From Pseudobdellovibrionaceae bacterium (GTDB taxonomy: Bacteria; Bdellovibrionota; Bdellovibrionia; Bdellovibrionales; Bdellovibrionaceae), in NCBI GenBank assembly GCA_039810425.1, contig JBDHWW010000018.1:1-64000 (forward strand): 64,000 bases of DNA, read 5' to 3'. The notes below the pieces were generated by a model, which was given only the letters and a program-made list of their open reading frames with translations, had not been told where the DNA came from and made no database searches. Shown piece by piece: positions 9,904 to 19,314 of the stretch; position 1 is the stretch's first letter; each line of letters starts with the position of its first letter. Position numbers and translations under genes: made by a program.

Positions 9904-10436
9904 AGATTCGTTGGACTAAGGTTTTCAACTTCCTCCTGCTCTTGGTTCTGCTGGTGATCTTGGCGGGCTTCCAGAGCACCCTGTGGTATCAGCTCTTCGG
10001 AACAGTTCCCGCCCCGATGCTGTGGCTTTGCCTGATCGTGTACGTGACTTTGTACCGCAAACTCTATGGCGCGCTTTTCACAATTTACGTCATGAGTCTT
10101 GCGCTGACAGGCTTCTCTGTGATGCCGGTGAAAATGCTGCTCATCACCCTGCTGCTGGTGTTTTTGATTCTGTATTCGATCCGGAGCCGCGTGTTCTGGG
10201 AAGGCCCGGCGTACTACACTCTGATGTGCTGTGTGGCGGCCGTGAGTTATCATGTGATTTACTTCTTTGGTTCTTGGTTGATGGAAAGAAATTCCGCCCC
10301 TCTCGGGTTTTGGGACCGCATTATTCAATTGATCCTGACTCCGGCCTTCTGCATGCCGCTATTTTCAGTTCTCAAGAAGATAGACAAGCTGACTCTCGAT
10401 GAGCTGACGACCGAGACCCGAGGTTATGATTTATGA
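9900..10436 (+). CDS. mreD: rod shape-determining protein MreD
   Basis: Small polytopic membrane protein overlapping mreC and mrdA. Confidence 0.8.
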   Translation: MKIRWTKVFNFLLLLVLLVILAGFQSTLWYQLFGTVPAPMLWLCLIVYVTLYRKLYGALFTIYVMSLALTGFSVMPVKMLLITLLLVFLILYSIRSRVFWEGPAYYTLMCCVAAVSYHVIYFFGSWLMERNSAPLGFWDRIIQLILTPAFCMPLFSVLKKIDKLTLDELTTETRGYDL

Positions 10437-12421
10437 GTTATTTTGTAAACAACCCCGAAGAAGCCAAAGAGTACCAGCCCCGCTACAGGCTTTTTTATAT
10501 AGCAGTGGCTTGTACCTTTGTCCTCTTCACGGCCCGTCTTTGGTATCTGCAAATCATCACGGGCAATGAACTCCGTGAGTTCTCGGAAAAAAACCGGGTT
10601 AAACAAAATAAAATCACCGCGCCTCGCGGGCTGTTGCTGGACCGGAACGAAAAAGTCCTGGTTGAGAATCTGCCAGGCTTTGAAGCCGTGTTGTCCCCCC
10701 AGTACATCGAGAACATCGACACGACGGCCAACACCATCGGTCCTATTCTCGGCATGGAACCGGATAAAATCACCCAAAAGGTGCAAAAGAGCCGCAAGCA
10801 GAACGGTCCTTTTGCCCAAGTGCGCTTGAAAGAAAACCTCAGCCGCGAAGAGGTCTTCCGTTTAAAACGCATTCGTCTCGATACGCCGGGCCTTGAAATC
10901 CGCGAATCAATTGTGCGTTACTATCCGCTCAAAGAAGACGGCGCGCAGCTCTTCGGTTACGTGGCCGAAATTTCAAAGCGGCAGATTCCTTTGATGAATG
11001 ACCTTTACAAAGACGTCTTCGCCTTTGAACAAGGGGATATTATCGGCAAGAGCGGCCTTGAAGAAACGCTGGAACGTGAAATCCGCGGTAAAGACGGCCT
11101 GAGCTTTATCCAGGTCGATGCCCACGGGCGTGAAACCGTCACCGCGACGCCGAATATTTACGGCGAACAAATTCGCGACCAAGAACCGATCCACGGCAAT
11201 ACCGCTGTTTTGACAATCGACCGCGATGTGCAAGAAGCGGCTTACAAGTCGATGATGGACAACCAGCGTATCGGCGCGGCTTTTGCGATGAAATCCAACG
11301 GTGAAGTTTTGGCGTGGGTCAGCACGCCGTCATTTAACCCGAATGACTTCTCGACGGGTTTTGCCCCGAACACTTGGGGAAAGCTGGTCAACGATCCGTT
11401 CAAGCCATTGCGCAACAAAGTCATTCAAGATTTCCAGGCGCCGGGTTCAACATTTAAACCACTCATCGCCGTTGCTGCTTTAAATGAAAAAGTGGTGACC
11501 CCAACGACTTTGGTCGCCGCACCGGGCGTATTCATGTTCGGCCGGCGCCCTTACCACGATAGCAATCGTAACGGTTATGGCATGATTACGATCTACGAAG
11601 CGATTGAAAGAAGCTCCAACGTGTTCTTCTTTAAAATGGGTATCGCATTGGGCGTTGATAAGATGTTTGCGTACTTAAATCCGCTGGGCATCGGTCAAAA
11701 AACCGGCATCGAGCTTTCACGCGAAGTGGCCGGCACGATGCCAAACTCGGAATGGAAAAAGACCAAGTATGGCGAAGAGTGGCAACCGGGTGAAAACTTA
11801 AGTACGGCGATCGGCCAAGGTTATGTCGAGGTGACGCCGATCCAGATGGCGGTGGCTTACAACGCCATCGGCACGGAAGGCAAGGTCGTAAAGCCATTCA
11901 TCGTTCGTAAGATCATCGATCAAGAAGGCAACGTTTTGAAAGAATACTTTCCCGATGTCGTGCGCGACTTGACCCTGGATCAAAAGACCGGCATCAAGGT
12001 AAATCCAGCGAACTTCAAAGTCGTGAAAGAAGCGATGAGGCGGGTTGCCAACGGTGATCACGGAACAGCGCGCTTCTGGAAAATTCCCGGCGTACCCATG
12101 GCCGGTAAAACCGGCACCGCCCAGGTTATGAACTTCTCGGCAGATCAAATCTACGCAAACTGTATGGCACGCCCGATTCACATGCGCCACCATGGCTGGT
12201 TCGTTGCATGGGCTCCGGCTGACAATCCCGAAATCACAGTCGCCGTTCTTGCGGAACACTCGTGCCACGGCAATACCGGCGCGGCTCCGATCGTCCGCGA
12301 CATCGTACAGGCCTATTTCCAAAAATATCATCCGGATGTAATAGAAGCCGGTCTGAAAGAGCTTCACATGAAGAAGGCCACGAAGATCAATTTACCGCCA
12401 ACGACCGTGGAGGACGAATAA
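10433..12421 (+). CDS. mrdA: penicillin-binding protein 2
   Basis: APRG, PGSTFK (SxxK), SSN (SxN), KTGTAQ motifs. Confidence 0.95.
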   Translation: MSYFVNNPEEAKEYQPRYRLFYIAVACTFVLFTARLWYLQIITGNELREFSEKNRVKQNKITAPRGLLLDRNEKVLVENLPGFEAVLSPQYIENIDTTANTIGPILGMEPDKITQKVQKSRKQNGPFAQVRLKENLSREEVFRLKRIRLDTPGLEIRESIVRYYPLKEDGAQLFGYVAEISKRQIPLMNDLYKDVFAFEQGDIIGKSGLEETLEREIRGKDGLSFIQVDAHGRETVTATPNIYGEQIRDQEPIHGNTAVLTIDRDVQEAAYKSMMDNQRIGAAFAMKSNGEVLAWVSTPSFNPNDFSTGFAPNTWGKLVNDPFKPLRNKVIQDFQAPGSTFKPLIAVAALNEKVVTPTTLVAAPGVFMFGRRPYHDSNRNGYGMITIYEAIERSSNVFFFKMGIALGVDKMFAYLNPLGIGQKTGIELSREVAGTMPNSEWKKTKYGEEWQPGENLSTAIGQGYVEVTPIQMAVAYNAIGTEGKVVKPFIVRKIIDQEGNVLKEYFPDVVRDLTLDQKTGIKVNPANFKVVKEAMRRVANGDHGTARFWKIPGVPMAGKTGTAQVMNFSADQIYANCMARPIHMRHHGWFVAWAPADNPEITVAVLAEHSCHGNTGAAPIVRDIVQAYFQKYHPDVIEAGLKELHMKKATKINLPPTTVEDE

Positions 12422-12422
12422 T

Positions 12423-13547
12423 ATGGATTTCTCAATCCACGTCGAAGAGAGAACGATATTTAAGCGCCTCGATTTGAACTTTATCCTCGTGATTTTCGCA
12501 CTGAACGTGATTGGCTTGATCAATCTGTACAGCGCAACTCACGGACCGCACTCCCGTGATGTGGAGCCCCTTTTCATTTCCCAGTTCGTGTGGCTCGGGA
12601 TCGGTTGGAGCGTGTTTTTCGTGTGTACGCTTCTGGACTATGCGATCGTTGCCCGTTTGGCGATTGTGGTCTTTCTCTTGAACTTCGGCGCACTCTTGTA
12701 CACGACGTTCTTTGGCACGGTGGCTTTGGGTGCGCAACGCTGGATCGATTTAGGCTTTTTCCGCTATCAGCCGTCTGAAACGATGAAGCTGGCGCTTATT
12801 ATGTTGATGGCGAAAATTCTTGCGACCCGCAATAGCGCCGACGCGGGGATGGGCCTTAAAGAACTTGCGGTTCCCATGATCGTGCTCTTGGTGCCCTTCG
12901 GCCTGGTTGTTGAGCAGCCGGATTTGGGAACCGGGATGATGCTGGCGGCAATCGGTGGCTCTATGATCCTTTTCACTAAAGTTAAAAAATGGATTCTGGC
13001 CCTTGTCATTTCGGTGGTGGTCATCACCGTCCCCATCGCATGGCAGTTCGGTCTGCGGGACTACCAAAAAAACCGCATCTTAACGTTCATTGATCCAACG
13101 AATGACCGCCGCGGCACCGGTTACAATAGTATTCAATCCAAGATCGCCGTCGGCTCCGGCCGCTTCTTGGGTAAAGGTTTCCGTAAAGGAACCCAGTCAC
13201 AACTCGAGTTCTTGCCGGAACGTCACACGGACTTTATCTATTCAGTGCTGAGTGAAGAGCATGGTTTTGTCGGCAGTATGATGACCATGGGCCTTTTCTG
13301 TATGTTATTTATCCTCGGCCTGCGAATCGCCATGAATGCGCGGGATAAGTTCGGCGCACTTTTGTCGGTGGGCGTCCTCTGTTACGTCTTCTGGCATATG
13401 TTTGTGAATATTGGCATGGTGATCGGGCTTCTTCCGATCGTAGGGGTTCCATTACCCTTACTCTCGTACGGTGGTTCAAGCATGCTTACCACCATGGCGG
13501 GCCTCGGATTGATCTCGAGTGTTGCCTATAGGAGATATCTGTTCTAA
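12423..13547 (+). CDS. rodA: SEDS peptidoglycan glycosyltransferase RodA
   Basis: GAQRWI, QPSE, QPDLGT, LPERHTDFI, SYGGSS. Confidence 0.95.
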   Translation: MDFSIHVEERTIFKRLDLNFILVIFALNVIGLINLYSATHGPHSRDVEPLFISQFVWLGIGWSVFFVCTLLDYAIVARLAIVVFLLNFGALLYTTFFGTVALGAQRWIDLGFFRYQPSETMKLALIMLMAKILATRNSADAGMGLKELAVPMIVLLVPFGLVVEQPDLGTGMMLAAIGGSMILFTKVKKWILALVISVVVITVPIAWQFGLRDYQKNRILTFIDPTNDRRGTGYNSIQSKIAVGSGRFLGKGFRKGTQSQLEFLPERHTDFIYSVLSEEHGFVGSMMTMGLFCMLFILGLRIAMNARDKFGALLSVGVLCYVFWHMFVNIGMVIGLLPIVGVPLPLLSYGGSSMLTTMAGLGLISSVAYRRYLF

Positions 13548-13696
13548 ACCGGCCACCCCCCTCAACGGCGCGTTCTGGACGGTGAAAAAATTGCCTGGCA
13601 ATCATTTAGCCAACCGAGAAAACATGCCAATGCGAATTTCCCTCCATATCAGTTTTCAAAGACCTTGTGGTACACCTCCTTTCCACGAGGTGTTAT

Positions 13697-14692
13697 ATGA
13701 AATTTTCGCGTTTACTTGCGGTGATGATAACTTTCGCCGCGGTGTCGGCCAATGCCGGCGATATCATTGTTTATGAAGCTGGTAGCTTCAATCCGCTTTC
13801 TGGAGTCACTAACAACGGTAACTTAGTGCTGGTGAATGGCCAAAAAGCCGGCTCAATCTTAAAGCGTATATTTGTTAGCGACGACGCAAAGGTTGCGAAC
13901 AAAAACATCGCATTGGTTCGCGACTTCTATAGCCAAGAATTCGGCCGCAACTCCTATGATGGCAAGGGTGCGAGTATTACAGCGGTTGTTAAAGTGGGCC
14001 GTGGCCCTATCAGCTTGTTGCGTATTCTTGGTCTTGACCAAAATGCGGCCTGGGATTCCAGCGGCAAGAGATTCCTTTTTGGCACTGGTGAAAAGGACAC
14101 TTTGAATAACTTCACAGCTGCCGTCGATGTGATCGCTCACGAATATACACATGCGGTTGTTGAAACCAGTTCAAAACTTATCGCCAATGGCCAGTCTGGC
14201 GCTTTGAATGAACACTTGGCCGACGTTTTCGGTCAATACATCCAAGTTAAAACGGGCAACGGAGCAAATGACTTCTTGATCGGCGAAACTGTTCTTGGCG
14301 ACGATTTAAAACAAAAAGTTGCCGCAAAATATGGTTTTACGCCAAAAGGTCTCCGTGACATGCTCAATCCCCAATTGAGCATTCCACCACAACCTACCGC
14401 AATGAAGGACATCCCTTCTGAATTGGGTGCCAGCTGTAAGCCCACCGCTGATAACGATAAGTGCGGTGTACACTTGTTGAACGGAATTCCAAACCGCGCA
14501 ATCTCTTTGGCGGTTCAAAAGTTGGGCTGGGACAAAGTCGCGCAAGTTATCTATAAAGTGATGGTTGAGAGACTTCCTTCAAACGCCCAGTTTTCTACTT
14601 ATGCAAGTGAAACTATGAGCGAATGCGGCCGTCAATTGAGCACTTCTGAATGTGCGGCTTTTGACGCCTCTTTCAAAGCTGTCGGCTTGTAA
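13697..14692 (+). CDS. secreted M4 (thermolysin-family) metallopeptidase
   Basis: Signal peptide, NAAW, HEYTH, GALNEHLAD, GVHLLNGIPN. Confidence 0.9.
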   Translation: MKFSRLLAVMITFAAVSANAGDIIVYEAGSFNPLSGVTNNGNLVLVNGQKAGSILKRIFVSDDAKVANKNIALVRDFYSQEFGRNSYDGKGASITAVVKVGRGPISLLRILGLDQNAAWDSSGKRFLFGTGEKDTLNNFTAAVDVIAHEYTHAVVETSSKLIANGQSGALNEHLADVFGQYIQVKTGNGANDFLIGETVLGDDLKQKVAAKYGFTPKGLRDMLNPQLSIPPQPTAMKDIPSELGASCKPTADNDKCGVHLLNGIPNRAISLAVQKLGWDKVAQVIYKVMVERLPSNAQFSTYASETMSECGRQLSTSECAAFDASFKAVGL

Positions 14693-14730
14693 TAACAGAA
14701 CAAATAAAAAAGCTTGGGGCTATCGTCACC

Positions 14731-14773
14731 CTTGCTAGACCCACATCTCGATAAAAGATGTGGGTCTAGCAAG
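14731..14773. terminator. perfect 18-bp inverted repeat between convergent genes
   Basis: CTTGCTAGACCCACATCT-N7-AGATGTGGGTCTAGCAAG. Confidence 0.7.
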
Positions 14774-14798
14774 TTCATCACCCGGAAGCTCGGGCAAA

Positions 14799-15317
14799 CT
14801 AGTGTTTTACAACCGCGTTGCCAACTTCTTTCGCAACTTCGTTCAAACAATTTGAGAAGAAACGGAGAACCATAAAAAGGTGCACCTCTTCGTCCTCTTC
14901 CAATTCAGGCTCGTCCTCTTCAGGGGCAAAAAGCTCTTGGGTCACGTAGTTCAAGATCTCTGGCTGGCCAGACAGCATTTCAGATTTTTGGATCTCTTCA
15001 AGCATGTCGTCGTTTAAATGTAGCAACTTTTCAAGATCCGCCTCTTGCTCTTCAAATTTTTGAACCACTTCTTCCTCAGTTAATGCGCGCATCTCAGAAT
15101 ACTTCTCTTCAAAGCTCTTCCAAAGAATCAACGCCATCATGAAACCCAAGTCCTTTGCGGGTTCGCTCATATCTTCGATGAACTCAACGAAGAAGCCACC
15201 AAGTGCTGGTTGTGCATCAAAAAGAGCCTGGGAAATGGCATCCAATTCCTCTTCCGTGGTCATATTGCAGATGTTATCGATTGAATTTTGGATGGTTTGA
15301 AAGGGAATTGTTTCCAT
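14799..15317 (-). CDS. acidic helical hypothetical protein
   Basis: 172-aa ORF, RBS GAGGAG, very Glu/Asp-rich. Confidence 0.75.
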   Translation of the reverse strand: METIPFQTIQNSIDNICNMTTEEELDAISQALFDAQPALGGFFVEFIEDMSEPAKDLGFMMALILWKSFEEKYSEMRALTEEEVVQKFEEQEADLEKLLHLNDDMLEEIQKSEMLSGQPEILNYVTQELFAPEEDEPELEEDEEVHLFMVLRFFSNCLNEVAKEVGNAVVKH

Positions 15318-15535
15318 TTTGAGTGCTCCTCTAAAAGCTAATAACTAGCGGATTTCCCCTTAAAGGCCAATCAAATAATGAGACATCTCAGTGTGAGAAA
15401 ACGCATCGAAATGACTATCTAATAAGCACTCCACATGGCCAAGTTTTGTTAGACAGCAACAGCATTAGCTCTGCGTTAAGTTGCCGTCATAGTGTCCTAA
15501 ACTGATAACTCTGTCATTCCCGTTAGTTACCTGCA

Positions 15536-15551
15536 CGGCACGCCGCTTGAA
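15536..15551 (+). promoter_or_regulatory. sigma-54-like -24/-12 promoter
   Basis: CGGCACG-CCGC-TTGAA: consensus spacing with GA in place of GC, upstream of the lytic transglycosylase. Confidence 0.5.
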
Positions 15552-15592
15552 GTATCAATTAAGTAATAACGGTTAGGAACCGGAGGTCTCAG

Positions 15593-16306
15593 ATGAAAAC
15601 AAAGCAATTTACAAAATGGAGTTTTGTCATCATCTCAGCGTTCACGTTGTCTTTCTATGTTGAGAATATTTTCGCCGCTTGTGACGACCAGGCAGGTCAA
15701 GGCGAAATTTCAAGCGCTACAGTCGCCAGACTCGTGCACGCCCGTGAACTCTTGGGTTCTGCTTACGAAGGCAGCCTCGTCGAAAAGAGCGCGTCTATGC
15801 CATCGGTAACGAACTTCGTCTATACGACTTTCCAAGAAAAGCTTGATGGCAAATGGAAAAAGTATGCCGCAAACCTGAGCGCGACCATCATCTCTGAAAG
15901 CGAAAGATTCGGCATCGATCCGATCTTCGTGATGGCCGTGATCCAAACCGAGAGCCAATTTGATCCGACGATTATTGGCAGCTTCGGCGAAATCGGCCTG
16001 ATGCAGATTAAGCCGGACACTGCAAAATGGATCTCGCAAAAACAAGGCATCGCTTGGAAGGGCAAAAGCACTCTGAAAAACCCCGTGATGAATGTCCGCA
16101 TCGGAATCGCCTACATGTCTTTCCTGAGAAAGAATTTCTCAGGCGCCGCCCGCCACTACGTCGCGGCTTACAACATGGGCCCGGCAAATGTGCGCAAACT
16201 GGCTTCTCAATCCATCCAACCGAAGGAATACTCCAGCCGTGTCATGACGAACTATCGCCAAATCTACGAAATGCTCGTAAAAGTAGACACTGTCGCGAAA
16301 CTTTAG
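15593..16306 (+). CDS. SLT-domain lytic transglycosylase
   Basis: AVIQTESQF (catalytic Glu), GLMQI, AAYNMG. Confidence 0.92.
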   Translation: MKTKQFTKWSFVIISAFTLSFYVENIFAACDDQAGQGEISSATVARLVHARELLGSAYEGSLVEKSASMPSVTNFVYTTFQEKLDGKWKKYAANLSATIISESERFGIDPIFVMAVIQTESQFDPTIIGSFGEIGLMQIKPDTAKWISQKQGIAWKGKSTLKNPVMNVRIGIAYMSFLRKNFSGAARHYVAAYNMGPANVRKLASQSIQPKEYSSRVMTNYRQIYEMLVKVDTVAKL

Positions 16307-16347
16307 TCGCGATAACGATGGCCTAAGTCCCAAATCCACCACGAGGC

Positions 16348-16381
16348 AAAAAAAAAAGAGAGAGCTTTCGCTCTCTCTTTT
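16348..16381. terminator. bidirectional intrinsic terminator
   Basis: A-tract, GAGAGAGC-TTTC-GCTCTCTC, T-tract between convergent genes. Confidence 0.8.
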
Positions 16382-16432
16382 CGTCATGCTATTTCAGTAG
16401 TGGACTCAACGTGCGTTGAGTGGGCGCGCGAA

Positions 16433-16759
16433 TTACGAGTTCTTCGACAAGAAGTCTACAATCGCTTCTTTCGGGTGGTTCCCGACCAATTGACCTACTT
16501 CTTTACCGCCTTTGAACAATAACATCGCTGGAATACCGCGGATGCCGTACTTACCAGAAGTGCCTGGATTCTCATCAACATTCAATTTTACAACTTTTAC
16601 TTTCGCGCCGAACTCTTGCGCGACTTCTTCAAGCTTTGGTCCCAACGCGCGACAAGGGCCACACCATTCAGCCCAGAAATCCACCAATACAGGTGTGTTA
16701 GAATTTAATACGTCACTCTCGAAAGATCCGTCCGTAACAGGTTTTGTAAAAGTACCCAT
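16433..16759 (-). CDS. trxA: thioredoxin
   Basis: DFWAEWCGPC; start MGTFTK after AGGAG. Confidence 0.95.
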   Translation of the reverse strand: MGTFTKPVTDGSFESDVLNSNTPVLVDFWAEWCGPCRALGPKLEEVAQEFGAKVKVVKLNVDENPGTSGKYGIRGIPAMLLFKGGKEVGQLVGNHPKEAIVDFLSKNS

Positions 16760-16826
16760 GTTAATCTCCTCTTGGTCGTTCAATATAAAGATTGAGTATC
16801 CTTGTTGAAAACGCAAGGCCGATCCA

Positions 16827-17831
16827 TTACTTTTTTCTAAATAACGCCTTGGTAAAATCCTGACGTAGCTTATCCTGGCTCTCTATTTCCGAGTGATTCC
16901 AGCCCTTTGCGATCTCTTTCTGAACCGTCCTGCTCGCGATTTTACTCAGGCTCCGGCGGGGGTCAAAATCATTCATTTTGGCTGTAAATTTGGCATATTT
17001 TGAGACCCGTTCGGCCTCACCATTACGGGCGCTTTGCAGGTCTTTGGTGACCGCCTCAAGCTCTTGCTCGGTGAACTCTTCGCTGCGGTCGAGATCGAAA
17101 CTGACTTTGCCGACGATTTTCTTTTTTGCTGCCGCATCTTCTTCCGGAGTAATGCCGAGTTCGCCGCTGTCTGTGAGTTCATTCCAAAGCGCTTCTAAAT
17201 CCTGATCAGGTTTTTTCGCAGGTTTCCTCGGCTCGTCTTCTGGTGTGATATCAAAACCAAAACTCGGCTTCTCCACCGGCCCCGTTTCCGGCGTGAACGA
17301 CATTGTCTTTTCGGAGATCCTTTCGCGGTCGTTTTCCGCTTCAGGATGGCCTGTGACCAGCAACAACTCCTCTTTTTCGTCCGAGGCGTTGGCAACACCA
17401 ACGCCTTCTTCCGGATGATTCAAATCCGTACCGTGCTTTGCCAAGCGCTCTTGCAAAAGTGCCTCGTCATAACCCAGCATTTTCCCGAGAATCTGCATCA
17501 AACGCAGCGCCGGAACGGGAGCTTCCAACAACATGTCCGCACGTATTTTTGCAAAATCTTGAGGGTTCGGTTTGTAGCCGGCCGGAAGAAGCAAAACAAC
17601 CTTCCCCTGCCAGCGAGTCATTTCGCGCAAACGGCGCCCGACACCAATGGTGGTGACTTTCCCCGCTCGGCCAAAGGCAACAACCACATCAGGGTTGAAC
17701 GATAGAACATTCTCACTGAGCGTGTACTCAGTTGAAATGCCCAACACGTCAAAGCCAACTTTCTGCAATATGGCTTGAGTCGTCATCATTTCAGAATATT
17801 CTTCGTATACCAGCAGGATTTTACTGTTCAC
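16827..17831 (-). CDS. hypothetical protein with degenerate receiver-like N-terminus and acidic linker
   Basis: KILLVYEE...NPDVVVAFG resembles a REC fold; GTG start inferred. Confidence 0.6.
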   Translation of the reverse strand: MNSKILLVYEEYSEMMTTQAILQKVGFDVLGISTEYTLSENVLSFNPDVVVAFGRAGKVTTIGVGRRLREMTRWQGKVVLLLPAGYKPNPQDFAKIRADMLLEAPVPALRLMQILGKMLGYDEALLQERLAKHGTDLNHPEEGVGVANASDEKEELLLVTGHPEAENDRERISEKTMSFTPETGPVEKPSFGFDITPEDEPRKPAKKPDQDLEALWNELTDSGELGITPEEDAAAKKKIVGKVSFDLDRSEEFTEQELEAVTKDLQSARNGEAERVSKYAKFTAKMNDFDPRRSLSKIASRTVQKEIAKGWNHSEIESQDKLRQDFTKALFRKK

Positions 17832-17948
17832 ATAATTATTGTCGTGGATGTCAGCCGCCGGGTCAAGATGGGTTCCTCTGGACAATGGCCGCGATTCCTG
17901 CAAGTAAATAAAGCCTTGGCGCAGTCCTTGGATTAAACTGGGAGTTCT

Positions 17949-19055
17949 ATGTTCAGCATCTTTCGTGGCAAAAAGGCGGCTCAGTACATTTTCTTCGAAA
18001 TGTTACCTAGTTTTATTCTGGGCCTGGTCGTTTTCGTTTCCATTATCTTGATGTTCCAAGTCCTGCGTCTGACCGAGTTCGCCTTGATCCACGGCGTAGA
18101 TCTGAAAACCATTGCCGAAATTGTGGGCTATATCTGCATCTCGATGCTGCCGGCCCTGCTGCCGATGAGTCTCCTCTTTGCCATCATCCTCACCTATGGG
18201 CGGTTGAGCAGCGACTCGGAAGTCGTCGCGATGAAAGCTTCGGGCCTTCATATGGGGATGATCCTGGGTCCCGCCATAGTCCTGGGCCTGCTTGTTGGGG
18301 TTCTCTCGGCGCAAACTTCTTTCGAGATCGCACCTTGGGGAAACCGTCAGTTCGAGATTCTCTATTCCCGCCTTGGCAGCAGCAAGGCGGCCGTCGCGAT
18401 CAAAGAGGGCACCTTCTCCGAAGGCTTCTTCGACATGGTCGTTTACGCCAACAAAGTCGATTCCGATAAGGGCCTGCTGGAGAACGTTTTCATCTATGAC
18501 GAACGTGATCCAACCGCCCCACTCACGATCATCGCAAAGCACGGCGCGATTATTCCGGACCCGAAGTCACCGGGGCACAGTGTTTTACTGCGCTTGGATG
18601 ACGGTGACATTCACCGTAAAACAACGACGCACACAAAGATCAAATTCGAAACCTATGACATCCGCCTCGTCGACCCAATTCAGGAAAATATCCGCGAAAA
18701 ATCGGCTCAATCGCTCACTTTGAATGAACTGCGTGAAATCTTGAATAACAAAGATCTTAAGCCCGAAGATGAGCGCACCTTCCGAACGGAATTTCACAAG
18801 CGTTGGGCGATTTCTATTCTCTGCATCGTGTTTGCGTTGATCGGCGTGGGCCTCGGCACGACGACCAACAAACGCGCGGCCAAGACCAGCGGCATGATTT
18901 TGTGTATTGGCGTTATTATTGGTTACTGGGTGCTTTATGTAACTTTGGAAGGCTTGGCCCGCAATGGCCAATTACCACCGGCTCTCGCCGTTTGGACACC
19001 CATTGTGCTGTTTACCGGCATCGGCATTGAAACTCTTCGCAAAAACTGGAATTAG
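17949..19055 (+). CDS. lptF: LPS export ABC transporter permease, LptF/LptG family
   Basis: GRLSSDSEVVAMKASG, 3+3 TM layout, EFHKRWA, LAVWTP. Confidence 0.85.
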   Translation: MFSIFRGKKAAQYIFFEMLPSFILGLVVFVSIILMFQVLRLTEFALIHGVDLKTIAEIVGYICISMLPALLPMSLLFAIILTYGRLSSDSEVVAMKASGLHMGMILGPAIVLGLLVGVLSAQTSFEIAPWGNRQFEILYSRLGSSKAAVAIKEGTFSEGFFDMVVYANKVDSDKGLLENVFIYDERDPTAPLTIIAKHGAIIPDPKSPGHSVLLRLDDGDIHRKTTTHTKIKFETYDIRLVDPIQENIREKSAQSLTLNELREILNNKDLKPEDERTFRTEFHKRWAISILCIVFALIGVGLGTTTNKRAAKTSGMILCIGVIIGYWVLYVTLEGLARNGQLPPALAVWTPIVLFTGIGIETLRKNWN

Positions 19056-19122
19056 ATTTTTCTTGTTCTTGGGTTCTTAATTTTAATTTTGATCTTGATC
19101 TTAATTGACGGCTTTTGTCTTT

Positions 19123-19207
19123 GATTCAGGGCCCTAAAAAAATGAGCGATGCAGTAGCGTCCTTACCACCACGGTCATCCTTGACCACATCGCCCCTCCC
19201 TTGAATC
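19123..19207. other. nested palindromic intergenic element preceded by low-complexity hexamer tract
   Basis: GATTCAGGG..CCCTTGAATC, GCGATG..CATCGC, GGTCA-TCCT-TGACC; TTGATCTTGATC tract upstream. Confidence 0.4.
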
Positions 19208-19227
19208 TAATGTTAAGAGTAAAGGTG

Positions 19228-19249
19228 AGGCTTTTTCAAAGCCTTTTTT
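19228..19249 (+). terminator. intrinsic terminator downstream of lptF
   Basis: AGGCTTT-TTC-AAAGCCT followed by T tracts. Confidence 0.55.
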
Positions 19250-19314
19250 CATTTTTTTTCATTTTTTTTCGACAATTTCGGCACATGGATCAGATTCACT
19301 ACATATAGATTCTG

